Shown one piece after another: positions 1 to 12,010 of a stretch of 64,000 nt of DNA. Numbering within the stretch: position 1 is the stretch's first letter; each line of letters starts with the position of its first letter. A program made the translations under genes and the position numbers. The stretch is from Trichoplax adhaerens (taxonomy: Eukaryota > Animalia > Placozoa): positions 2,408,866 through 2,472,865 of the forward strand of contig NW_002060952.1 of the NCBI RefSeq assembly GCF_000150275.1, written 5' to 3'. The notes under the pieces were generated by a model. That model saw only the letters and a list, made by a program, of their open reading frames with translations. It was not told where the DNA came from and searched no databases.

Positions 1-214
1 AACTTAGCAAGTTGAACTTGACATATTCTTTTATTCTCCGATGAATAGATTTTTGAAATATAGTGTTAAGTTAAGAAATATGATAATTCTATAAGATACC
101 GGTACTTTACTTTTTGAACCTGTACCAGTTCAACATCAAGATACTGGAGAAAATTGTCATCAAACTCAGAATTTACGTAGATGAAGAGATTGATACCTTA
201 ACTTTCTTTAATAG

Positions 215-1772
215 TCAAACGGAAGATGCAAAAGAAGGCTACAAGGATATGAGTTTCCAAGCTAGAATGGTTGAACTCCTAATTTTAAATCAAGCAAAAA
301 TATTCCGATATACACAAGAAGATACGGAAACTAATGACGAGCAAGACGAGAATGCAGCGCTCGAAAATTCAACTACTGTTTCAAGCGATGATCCGTCCGA
401 TCCTTCTCATCTAACCACGTCTGGAAATAAATCCTCTGATGATTTATCCGCCACAAGCAAATCTAATGACAGTCAACCCCTTCCTGTATATTACACGATA
501 TTGATTTCATTTTTGATGCTGTCATAATTATCCTATTCAACATTTTAAAAACAAAATATTAACAGTTAATGCTATTTCTTTCCTATCAAATCTTTATAGC
601 AGAATGAAAATGTCGATTACCCCGATAATACAGAAGATATTTCAAGTGATGATGACAGCGAATATGATTCTGATTTTATCACTGTCCACCATAATCAAAC
701 CAAGAACGAGTAAGTTCTAAAATTGCTATAAATAGGATTTAATTAAAGTGTTGCAAACTGCTCATCAACAATGGCATATATTTACTAAAGCCAACTCAAT
801 TTCGATCCTTATAAAAATAACTAGGGACCAACTAAAACGAAAAAATTCAATCAAACACGAAATTAAAAACAGCAATGACTTGGATTATGTGCCACCTGTA
901 AGTTTTTGTGCTTTTAAAGCCTCTATGTGTAAATTACAATATTTTACGTGTCGATATTTTTTGCGAGATAGGCAATATACCATGAATCTAATGACGATTT
1001 CATGCAAGAGGAAGATGAATTAAATAATAGCCAAATATCTTTTAGCACCGGAAGTTTAAGTAATTAATTTTCTAATTATTGCTTAAATGATCATCGAATA
1101 CAGAATAACTAAACGAATAACTCATCCCAACTTTCACTAGAATCAGATGAATATATGGAATTCCTGTCTACAGAATCTGCTCAAGATGTGATGACCAAAT
1201 CATCATCTCATAATATTATTAGAGAAGTTACGACAAGAAAAGCGCATCGATCAGCAAGCGATATTGGAAGATATAATGATAAACGTTTAGCTAGGCTAGA
1301 CTTTAATCCACCTCTTACTTTACCGATAAACCCTATCCCGTTCACCTATCCGCCAAAGCCTGTAACACCTAGCAGTCAATCTATAACGTTAAATAAATCA
1401 GTTTCTGTTCCTGACCGAGAACCGAATTATGCTAAACCTTCAATAGCCGGTGACCACTTTGATCCTGTTTATGAATACAGGAATGAATCTCTTAACGATC
1501 CAAATCATGCTTACAATAAACCTCATCATTCTCCAAGTGAAAGTAACTTAACTGCTAACTTGCGCCAACGACAATATGAACAATTATCGCAACAGCAAAC
1601 TACCAATGTCAATACTTTCCGATCATCTAAACTACGTCATCGACACTCGCTAGATCATCAACGTGCTGGGATTTATAGAGAACATTTACGTGAACGTGGA
1701 TATAGCACAACTAATTCAGAATTTGCTGCTACAAATAGCGGTGACGAAAACCCTAGGGTAAAATATGTTTGA
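215..1772 (+). CDS. 3' part of a multi-exon gene, probable RhoGAP (ARHGAP29/45/GMIP-like) with a long disordered tail; exons 215-485, 600-709, 825-897, 972-1059, 1141-1772
   Basis: The five exons have AG/GT boundaries with matching phases (2,0,2,0,1) and give one open frame to the TGA ending at 1772. The first exon encodes DMSFQARMVELLILNQAKIF, which resembles the final helix of RhoGAP domains. The tail is S/D/N/P-rich and ends in ...RVKYV*. The family call rests on one motif only. Confidence 0.6.
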
Positions 1773-4583
1773 AAGTATAAATGAGACATAAGATTGTCAA
1801 TTTTATAGCATAAAAACTAATAATATAGGAAGAAAGCTGTACTGAAATGATAATTATTTTACAAGTCCAATTTTACTAGTACTCCGTTAGTAGGTGCAAC
1901 AGCTTTCCTTCATCACTCTTTATTTGCCATTATGAAATAAGCTATCTAAGGTAGCAATAATTAGAATAAGAATTTTTTAGACTTAATAATTGACAAATAT
2001 TTCCATCATTCGATGACAATATCTAATATTAAGATATTGAGAATTTTCGTTAGGATGATTAACTGTCTTAGCTACCCAGATACAGTGTTAGAAAAATGGA
2101 TCAGAAACAATACGCACTCAATTTTCTATATATATATATACATGTAATTATTAGATTGTAGCCATGATAACAGCAACAATGATGAAAATGTCAGTTCAAT
2201 GTCTATGTTTATTATTTGTTAAGGTTGATCATAATGTTATAAAATATTAGCAGAACAAATTAAACGTGAATAAGCGGTTGTATGACAAGACTACTTGCTG
2301 TTAGTAAATGGTGTATTATGATCACATTGCTATTAATTGTAATTTTATATCATGATGGTGATATAGTACAGTAGGTAATTTAAACATTCTTATTGATTTT
2401 ATACAACCTAATACGGTTATAAAATTGCAGTAAAGTCATAGATTCAAAACTAATAGGGCATAAATTGCGCTATTTTATATATACTCCTATACCCGCCGTA
2501 TACGTTGAGCAAGGGAGACGAAATTTTATAACACCCAAAAAATGGATCTGGCTTGCAGTCGATAGCTCAAAAATGAAGAGCTACTGTGGAAATTAGTAAG
2601 ATACCTATAAAAGTTTCATCGCTCTATCCTCATTGAATATGCTTGGAATAGATTTATTATATCGTAAATCTACTTGCTATTCTATATTATCGTATTCAAG
2701 ATCTATAGCAACGATCATCATGTACCTTGCATTTATAATATTAGCTGTATTTTGATCATGCTGAAACAGGACAAGTACATGTAAATAGTTGACAATAAAT
2801 ATTCGTCAACAATAATTTTAAACATATAAAATTATAAAAAAAAATTGATTCTGCTATAACTTTTTCTTCAAAATAAGAGGTTTTTTATTATCTATACTAT
2901 ATTTCGTCTTGGTATTTATTAATTCTTACTAATAGTAACTATGAAGTAAACTTTAAAGTTACCTATTTTATGATATATAAATTTTTTGGATATGAAAACG
3001 TAGCTTTATTATATAATCAAGATATTAGTGGATCAATTTTTTATTGACTTATACTTTCCATTATAAAATCTATTGCATAGGAATGGCACAATATTGGTAA
3101 GGATAAATTCTGATTAGAATTTGATAATTAAGAAATAGGGAGTCGATTAGAGTATCAAAATAATAATATCCAAAAGTGATAAGAACATTTATTGTGTATA
3201 GCAAGACTGGCACTTGTCGACTGCCTAAATGATATTATGCAGCACCGTATTAGCCAATTTTAATTACACTTTGGTTATGTGACGATAGATAGAATTTTGG
3301 GGAGTTTTTTAAATAAAGCTATTATAAAGAATTGACTCGTGCCCATCGCTTATGTAATATTGCAATCTTTTAGCGCTGTAGAATTTATATTTTACTGAAA
3401 TACAGACTAAAGGCATCCAATCCATACTGATGATGATGATAGATGATCTCATTCTAACAGTATAACCGAAAATTTAGGCATTTTATTATCGCTGTTGACT
3501 TATCTCTATGATAGACCATTCTATAGGCATACCGCACCAGCATTCAATAGAGTATTGCTGATGTAAATTTTTCTATAACGTCTATAATTGAATTACATTG
3601 ATCACCAGTTCTCTAGCTATCTTATTAAGTTAAAAGAAGTTGATATCTGCAAGATCAGTTCTTATATTTACATCATGTATGATTTCTCTGAATTATACCA
3701 AAGATGCATGCCTAGATATCTTATGATAATCTCCAGAACGCCCTATCGGTAATAAGAATAGATATGCTAAATCTTTAATATATCTTTTTTTGTAAACTAT
3801 GGCTACATTCGGTATTCTATGCGATCAGCAATAAGATATAGGTGCAAAATCTACTGTACGTATTGTCTTTTTCCTTCGAATTATTCTGATACTGAGTGGC
3901 CCAAACATCAATACTACGGATCACAGAAAGACCAAATTTACAACAAGCGCTAATACAAAAGTCTACTTTATTAAGTATATCTATGTATATTTCATAGCCA
4001 CAATAACAAATTTTCAATGGTGCTCATAAAGTTTATTTTAATTAAAATTCGCTAAACCCATATCATTAGAAGATTATCACATCCTAATAGAGTTTATGGA
4101 CTTGTTAATCAGCTAATTATATTATGAAAAAATTTTACGAATGACCACCATTAATTATTAATTATTTAATTAGTTACTATCCTATAATCAAGCACTCTTA
4201 CTACTCAAGATTATGTGACTATAACTTCAATAAATTTTATAAACGGATAGAAATTGTCTTACCAATAAGATATAATGCACAAGTAAGGTGATGCTCCTTT
4301 CAAGAACCAAATTAATCTCGTTAATTATGGATGCAATATCTTACTATTATACAACAGAAATACCTTACTCACAGACAGTTCTTCACACAGTAATTATTTA
4401 AAATATACATATATAATAATAAATCGATTTAAATCAAATTAGAACCAGAAATCAAATAATATCTAAGAATTGATGTATTGCAAACTATTGACATGGATTC
4501 AAGTTGCAATTATTAAAGTAATATGCTATCTACTCGCATGAGCATCTCTGCAAAGAACTTATTAAGTTGCTAAAGGGTTAAGC

Positions 4584-5032
4584 TTAATGGTTTTGAAGCG
4601 GTTGCAGGATGGAATCCTTCAATTCGTCTTTAAAAGAGCGGGTCATACCTTCCGTACTATCTGTAGCACTCTCATATTTTATTGATGTATAAATAGAGTA
4701 ATTTTTGTCTCTTAAAATTGTATTACCTACTGTAATGAATATAATCTTACAATGATCGATGCCATCACCCGTACTTTCAATTATAGGAAAGTTTCGATAC
4801 CAATCACCCTCTTCAAAATTTTTATTCGCTATCACGACCACTTTATGACAAATGCGAATGAAATGATCGATGTTCCACATTTTGGTTTTACCAATAATAA
4901 AGTGTCGACCTCGTCGCAATACATTATACTTTCCAATCTTCAAGATCTCTTCAGCTATAGTTTTTGCAAAATCATGTTCTTGTCTTTCATGATAGACGAG
5001 TATCTTTGGTAATTGAAGATTCTGGTGAGTTT
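4584..5032 (-). CDS. Terminal exon encoding a TIR-like domain (second TIR)
   Basis: Acceptor tatag| at 5033, phase 1. Translation ETHQNLQLPKILVYHERQEHDFAKTIAEEILKIGKYNVLRRGRHFIIGKTKMWNIDHFIRICHKVVVIANKNFEEGDWY... follows the TIR pattern: betaA, BB-loop (RDFxPG-like RHFIIG) and the I..I..S.KVIVV.S.NF..S.W segment. Confidence 0.7.
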
Positions 5033-5825
5033 CTATATTAAACGATCAACACATATTTATTAATACTATTACCTCTTGCTAATATTATACGTTAGGCATA
5101 TATGCGTATAATGACAAACAGTGAATAATTTACACTCGGTTTTGAAGGATTGGTTGCAACCATACTATCTTCACAAGTCTAACATGGAAATTTCCATGTC
5201 GTACTACAGAAAAGTATGCGTGAGTATTCGATATTTTTAGATGTATATATAGAACTAGCGGAATTTTTTCATGTCATCATGGTTGCAATACTAACTGCAT
5301 CGCCTATACTAAACAATCAAAACATGTACATTAATACTTTTAACGGAACTAGTGGGAATCTCTGTGTGCCATCATGGTTGCAATGCCATCTGCATTGTCT
5401 ATTCGACAACTGGGATTAGAAAAATTGAATATTGCGTTGAAGTATCTAAAAGTACATACTGAATTATAATAGATATTGCCGTCTCTATTCGATGGAGGAT
5501 ATTAGCTTAGCATACTGCCAGTGTAGTATGCGATATCGAGGTATAAGATTTAGGCAACCTTATCTACTCCATACTCCATTACAGCAATCATTAAAATATT
5601 TAACTGCACTGCGAGAGATGTGTCCATAAGAGCACTTAAATATACTTTAGCTCAGATTATTTATATAACTACGCTACAAGATGTTGAATTAAATCATGAT
5701 ATTATCAGATATGGCACCAATAGATACATTAGTATGACGTTACTCTTGAAATAGGGAATAGAAATGTATAATATTTTATACTAGTAGAGATCGTTACAGC
5801 TAATAGCGTATCTCCTTTTATTTAC

Positions 5826-6317
5826 CAGGTGCTGTAGTGGGAGGGTTTTGATCTCTATTTCTTCCATTTCTCAATATCTCCATGACTTTCTTTGCTACTT
5901 CAGGCCATTCCATATAGCAATTCTCGATAACCCTTGTATCTTCCTGATCTCTATACATTGCTTGCAAGAGATTAGCATTAGGGAGGTTCTTGAATTCTTC
6001 CGTCGACAAATCGCTTAGTACAATAACCAGTTTATCGAAGATATTTTTCTTAACTAGTATAGAATCAATCACCGAACTACGGTTTTTCAATAGAAGCTTG
6101 GATAAAAATATAAGGAAATAATTCGAATTGGTAATAGCTTTCTCTATTTCTCTAACATTGCTAGCTCCTGGTAGCTGCTCTTCAGTCTTGCAAAAGTTTT
6201 CTTGAATCTTATTAATTTCTTCTTGTAAAGGACTGGCATCGCTTCTCTTCTCTTCGGGAGCATGCAATAAATATAATTGACCACTTAAAGGAACTGTCGA
6301 TGCGGTTTCTTCGGTTC
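5826..6317 (-). CDS. Internal symmetric (phase 1-1) exon encoding a TIR-like domain (first TIR)
   Basis: Acceptor cacag| at 6318 and donor GTAAAT at 5825; 492 nt open. Encodes GTEETASTVPLSGQLYLLHAPEEKRSD...EEQLPGASNVREIEKAITNSNYFLIFLSKLLL...KLVIVL, with a BB-loop LPG and the IEKAI.NS..FLIFLS motif. Splices in frame to the 5032 exon. Confidence 0.7.
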
Positions 6318-6439
6318 CTGTGACATAAATAGGACAAAATGGCTGTTAAATAACGATTAGGTAAATAAATTATCACATTCGAGCGGCGGCTAGTATCACC
6401 CATTTTGGGAAGGCGAAAAAAATAAATTTAAACGATCAT

Positions 6440-7390
6440 AAGGCACACAAATCATCGTTAAGAGTAGTAGCTGAAGAAAAAGTGAAATGATAAAATTGCT
6501 ATCGGTAGTGAATGAGGACTGGGAAAATAGATTATAACTTTATTAGGGTATCGATTGCTAATCCTCGTTCCTGCAAGGCAAAAATGGCGCAACTGAACGA
6601 ACAGGGGAACGTACATAATCGCCTGGAACAACAGCGGTTAGAAAGCGAAATGATGACTGTCGATAGTGGATGAGAAACAGGGAAGCAGATTGTAACTTAG
6701 AGCATGGACTGCTGCTCGTCGTTCTTGCAAGGCAATGATGATGAAATTGAATGACTTGGTGTCCATACGTACTGATACTCTTTGCTATGGGAAGGCAACA
6801 ATAACGGAATAATAATGAAACAGAATGATGACTACTGTCAGTATCTATAGAGCAATAGCGCTTGTAAAGTAAGATGATAAAACTGCTGTCGATAATGAAT
6901 AAGGAGGACTAGATAAATAAACTATTACTTAGAGTAGCCAATGATACTCTTCGTTCAAGGAAGGCCAAAGTTATACAGTCGAACGATGACTGGATACATA
7001 CCCTGTACATACATTATCACTTAGAGCAGTAGCTGATGAAAAAAGTGAAATGATGACATAGCTATCAACCATCGAAGTAGGACTAAGAAAATAAATCGAT
7101 CATTACTTAGGGTAGCGACTGATATTTCTTGCTCTGGAAAGTCAAAATTAACAAAATTAAATGACGGCTGGGTGTATACTGCAGATAAGCACTTAGAACT
7201 AAGAACTGAAGCTGGTAAAATGGGAAAATGATGAAACTACCGACAGTGAATAAGGACTAAATCACTAGATGGCGACTGAGAATAGGGACTGATACTCTTC
7301 GCTAGGGAAGGCAAAAGTGACGAAATCGCGACTAAATAACTAGATGGATAAAAATATGGGCCAGAGCAGTGGCTAATCGTCTTCCCTCTT
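6440..7390. repeat. Degenerate tandem repeat of ~160-220 bp (about 5 units) carrying intact and decayed 27-nt and 12-nt minus-strand micro-exon candidates
   Basis: Blocks atgataaaa..gtgaatgaggact..ttacttagagtagc..cttcgttc..aaggcaaa recur near 6490, 6650, 6870, 7050 and 7230. Intact AG/GT candidates are 7133-7107 (27 nt), 7032-7021 (12 nt) and 6723-6697 (27 nt). Confidence 0.65.
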
Positions 7391-7460
7391 GAACGCCAAA
7401 AAAGTTTTTATGCATTGAGTAAATGGCTAGACGCATCTAAAATAAAATAAATAACATTAC

Positions 7461-7976
7461 CAGCTACGACGCTAGTCGATGCTACCTCTTCCGTTCCTAT
7501 CAAAGCAAGGGTGAAATTAATAAAATTAGAACAGTAGTTATTACTCTACCCTTTTGAACGGTAAAAATATTAATATGCATTAAATAAATGGCTAAGCATA
7601 TATAAAATAAAGTAAATAAGTTACCAGAAACGACGCTGCTTGATGCCATTTTGTCCGTTCCTATCAACGTAAAGGTGAAATTTATAAAATCGTACCGTAG
7701 TTGATTAATAGCTACTACAACAAAATTACCATTTAAATGAGTAGCTGATCGCAAGCTATTCACTCCTGTGAAGTAAAGGTGAAATTAATAAAGTTATAAT
7801 TGATTAGTGACCACGTCAATAAGTTACCATTAAAATCCCTAGCTGATACTGAGCTTGTCATTCCTATAAAGTAAAATAAAAAAGCTTAAGTAAAGGTGAA
7901 ACGATAAAATTATCGATAATTACTAATTGCACGAAATAACTGCCTCTTTCCGTGATGATCTGTTGTGGAATACCAT
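7461..7976 (-). CDS. Five 36-nt phase 1-1 micro-exons (7976-7941, 7863-7828, 7765-7730, 7660-7625, 7496-7461), probably upstream exons of the TIR-TIR gene
   Basis: Each is exactly 36 nt, bounded by YAG and GT (four GTAA donors, one GTTA), open in phase 1, with introns of 62-128 nt. Peptides: xGIPQQIITERG / xMTSSVSARDFN / GVNSLRSATHLN / GTDKMASSSVVS / GTEEVASTSVVA. The last two match the first 36 nt of the TIR1 exon. Confidence 0.6.
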
Positions 7977-9749
7977 CTATCCCAATAAATACATAACTAT
8001 TTCTTAAGTATATTGCTACAGTACAAGAATACTGTAGTCTAAGATTGATCGCAATCAATTTTAATACAACTCAAAGAAACCTTATGTAGTTCCTATATTG
8101 AAATTATTCAAGTTTTATCGATAGCCAAACTACGTTGGTGTATTATTATTGAACTGATACACTACTAATAGTTAACTGCTGTATTCCCCCAAATAGATCA
8201 TACTGACTGAATGCAGTATATTAGTCGGAAGGAAAAAATTAATTTAGAATGGCCTATAGTTTACGTGATACAGTTGGATACAGACCAAGTTTATAATGCC
8301 CTAAAATCTAGACTATTCCCTAAATATTATAAATTGAATTATGAGCTAGATCTGGCTGAAATCTGGACTAGTAATTGTGGATTCAATTAGCTCGCCTACA
8401 ATAGAACTGTTTCTCAGTCAAGTGTTGAAATCGATTCTAATTTTGTAGTTAATGCCTCTTTGACTATTTCTTGAACGTCGACCATACCGAATATTATTAG
8501 GAAGAATAGAGTGGAATAGAGATTTAGAAATTTACTAAAGCGAGAAATTACATCCATAGTCGTGATTGCTTTCATGAGCTCAATTTCTTATTCGTCTACA
8601 GACTATCTTGCTACTTGAATGTGTTATATATCTATTAATATAGCTATTAGTATAGAGCCTATAATTCTACTTAATTAAAATAGGATGAGATTACTTCATC
8701 ATTTATGTGGAAATCTTGAAAAAAAATGATTATGCCTTTTCCTATAAGACGGATACGCTGTATCTATGCTTATGTAGCCTGTAATTTTAATGAGTTATGA
8801 AAAGGATAATTTGCCGTACAATTTACGCCTAAATCTTTCTCCAAAAAAGTTCAGCTCCACTTAATATCTGCATGCCAATGATGTACTCAGTTTTGACTGA
8901 ACAGAAATAAAATTGTTTTATGTGTTTATATGTAATTACTTTACATTGTTCAAGCATATAATATCGAATAGTTGAACCGAATGAAAAATAAATTTATTAC
9001 TCACCAAAGTCTTTAAAGCCAATCTTAGTTGCTACTCAAAAATTTCAAAAAAGCTGAAAATCTTAACTAAATTAGTTTTAGAATTTTTTTACGCTCGCTA
9101 TTTTAATGAGAAAAGGACTATTTCAGAGGTTATTGCATGACATCAGGGCTATTTATACCTATAGGTTACATCTTGAATAGAAAAATAAACTAATGAAAAT
9201 ATGACAATTTCCCCAGTTTCAGCAGGAGCACAACAGTGGCTGCAGAACCTTTAGCTATTTTGCTATTTTATTCTTTCAGCATGACCGCATGCTTATTTAT
9301 AAACACAATGTCCATATTCTCCGAATTACAGTAATATCCGATTAAAGTAGAAGCTTGGAAGTACACTAAAATCACGTAAGGTATCAGATAAAACCGATAA
9401 CTGGTTGTGATTGGTACACAAATGCATTAAATTTTCGTTTACGTAATAACATAAATAAACTATAACTATAGTGAAATATTACAATGCAAAGATTCACATG
9501 ATTTCTTGCCTACTCAACAGTTTTTTATTTGTCTGTACTTTACCTAGTGTTACTATTCTATTAATTTAAGGAACTCAATTTAGTTCCATAATTGATAAAG
9601 TTTTTCGCGGTAATTGTCCAATTACTCCAAATTGGACAAACATTAGAAATAGCAATTTATAAAGTTCACGTAGAATTGTTTATTTACAGTATATGCGTAC
9701 TTAGACCAGCCGACTCATGCTTTAAATTCCCATGCTTTATTGTAACTTT

Positions 9750-11040
9750 CTAACTAGCTCAGAAGTCTGATAATTTGTCAATAACTGAGCTTGTTTTACT
9801 CAATCTAGCGTAATGGTTTGATTTATCATATCTATTTTCTTGGTGAATCAAGATGATTAGTATTTATCTAGCAACCCATGATCTTTATTTTTTTGTCCAT
9901 GTTTCTAATAATATTAACACTAGTTCCTACTGTACTCGACTATTAACTAACATAGAAGCCTTTCAACTAGTACCTAAGCTAGTTGAATCAGATAATAGTT
10001 ATAGTGTAATGGTTTAATTCATTATATCTATTTTCTTAGAAAATCAATAACTTATATGACTAATATTTCTTAGCAACTCATAGTCTCAGTTCCATTGTCT
10101 ATATTTCTTTTCACATTCTACTTGTTAACTAACTCAGAAGTCTATCAACTAGAACTGAGTTTGCTAAATCAGATCAGGGCTATAGTGTAATAGTTTAATT
10201 CATAATATCTATTTTCTTAGCGAATCAATAACTAATATGACTAGTATCTTTTTACAGCTCATATTCTCCATTCCTTTGTCCATGTTTCTACTCTATTCAT
10301 TAACTAACTCAGAAACTTTTCAACTAGTAACTGAGTTTATCGAATCTGATAAAGGCTATAGCGTATTGGCTTAATGCACTACATCCATTTTCTTAGTGAA
10401 TCAATATGACTAGTACTTTTAGCAACTCATATTCTCAATTCCTTTGTCCGTATTTCTTCTCATAATTTACTTATTAACTAACTCAGAAGCCTTTCAACTA
10501 GTAACTGAGTTTGTTGAATCAGATAGTGGCTATAGTGCAATAGTTTAATTCATTGTATCTATTTTCTTACCGAATCAATAACTAATGTCACTAATATTTT
10601 TTGGCAACTCATATTCTCAATTCCGTTGTCCACATTTCTTCTCCTATCCTACTTATCAAGTAACTCAGAAGCTTTTCAACTAGTAACTGAGTTTACTAAA
10701 TAGATGAAGGCTACAGCGCAATGGTTTAAGTCATCATACCTATTTCTTTAGTGAATCAATAACTAATATAACACCATTTTCTACTAAATCAGTTTCTTTA
10801 TTCATGTTTTTACTCGATTTATCAACTAACTCAGAAGCCCTTTCAACTATTAATTTAGTTTTTTGAACCAGATAAAGGCTGCACTGTAATGGTTTGATCC
10901 ATCATATCCTTTTCCTTAGCGCACTAATTTGCTAATACGATTAGTGTTTTATAGCAGCTCGTATTCTCAATCCTGATTTCTGTATTTTTACTCAATTTAC
11001 TCAATTTATTAATTAACTTCGATTTTTTACTTAACTGAGT
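9750..11040. repeat. Degenerate tandem repeat of ~175-180 bp, about 7 copies
   Basis: The motif aactaactcagaagcctttcaactagtaactgag...gaatcaataactaat...gcaactcatattctcaattcc recurs near 9750, 9945, 10127, 10302, 10477, 10658 and 10824. Confidence 0.9.
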
Positions 11041-11559
11041 TCATTCCTTTAGTAAAAATTGGTCTGGCGGGTTCATGCTTCAGTCTCTTAATAATTAATG
11101 TATTAGTAACTAAATTGATTCAACTTACGAATCAACTCATAATCTCAATTTTTTTTTCTAGGTTTCCATTATATTTTATAACTTAAAATGTCACATCTAT
11201 CTAGTAACTGAATTCTCTTGTTGAGCAAACTGCTTGCTCAAAGGAGGCTGTATCGTATTGATTGGCTCATTACCCATTTTGTCAGCAGACTAACGTTAAA
11301 TTCAGTATCCATGTTCTCTATGGACTAATAGCTAATTTGATTCATATTTCCAATTCCTACTTTTAGATTTTATACTTTGAAACTAACTCAAGGCTTTATA
11401 AATTGCTAGTAAGGAGTTCTTTTGCTAAAATGAAAGTTGCACTGTAATAAGCAGCCATTGTCTAACTTTTTTTTCAATGGATTGGTACCGTAGCTAAAAT
11501 AATTACCGTCGTACTTGATAATTATCGGCAGAAATTATGCCAGTACTATTGACGCTATG

Positions 11560-12010
11560 CAACATATTACATCGCTCAATGCTATACCATATAGGAGGCT
11601 ATCCTCTAAATCTTTTAATCACTGTAGTATTTGATAGTTAATACCTACAAAAGGTATTCCTATTTGATAAACGTTATACATCATACCGTACCACTCAATG
11701 ATATAATATATAGGAAACCGAACTTTAATTTTTTTGTTTACCATGGTATTTGATAATAAATACCCGCTACAAGTTTCTTATTAAGGCTATGTATCATGCT
11801 TTATCTGCTAATGATATGCCAAACAGGAGATCATTCTCTAAATTTTTTTAATTACAATAATATTTGATAATAAATATCCGCAAAAAAATTTCTTAATTAG
11901 TCCTATGTATCATGCTATATATGCCAATAATATACCCTCTAGGAAGCAGTTCTTAAAACTTTTAATTGATACAGCTTTCGATAATGAATACCCATAAAAG
12001 TGGTTTATTA
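11560..12010. repeat. Degenerate tandem repeat of ~115 bp, about 4 copies
   Basis: tcatgct..aatgatat...tagga...tatttgataataaatacc recurs near 11560, 11680, 11793 and 11910. Confidence 0.7.

Noticed and set aside
4752-5012. Plus-strand 86-aa ORF
   Set aside because: It is the antisense shadow of the TIR2 exon.
5040-5800. Possible extra micro-exons between the two TIR exons (repeated atggttgcaa motif; 6-nt caagag)
   Set aside because: Splice sites or phases are inconsistent, and one implied intron is under 40 nt. Direct TIR1-TIR2 splicing already preserves frame.
8080-8091. 12-nt micro-exon candidate (tag|gaactacataag|gtttct, minus strand)
   Set aside because: It contains TAA in the phase-1 frame used by the other micro-exons.
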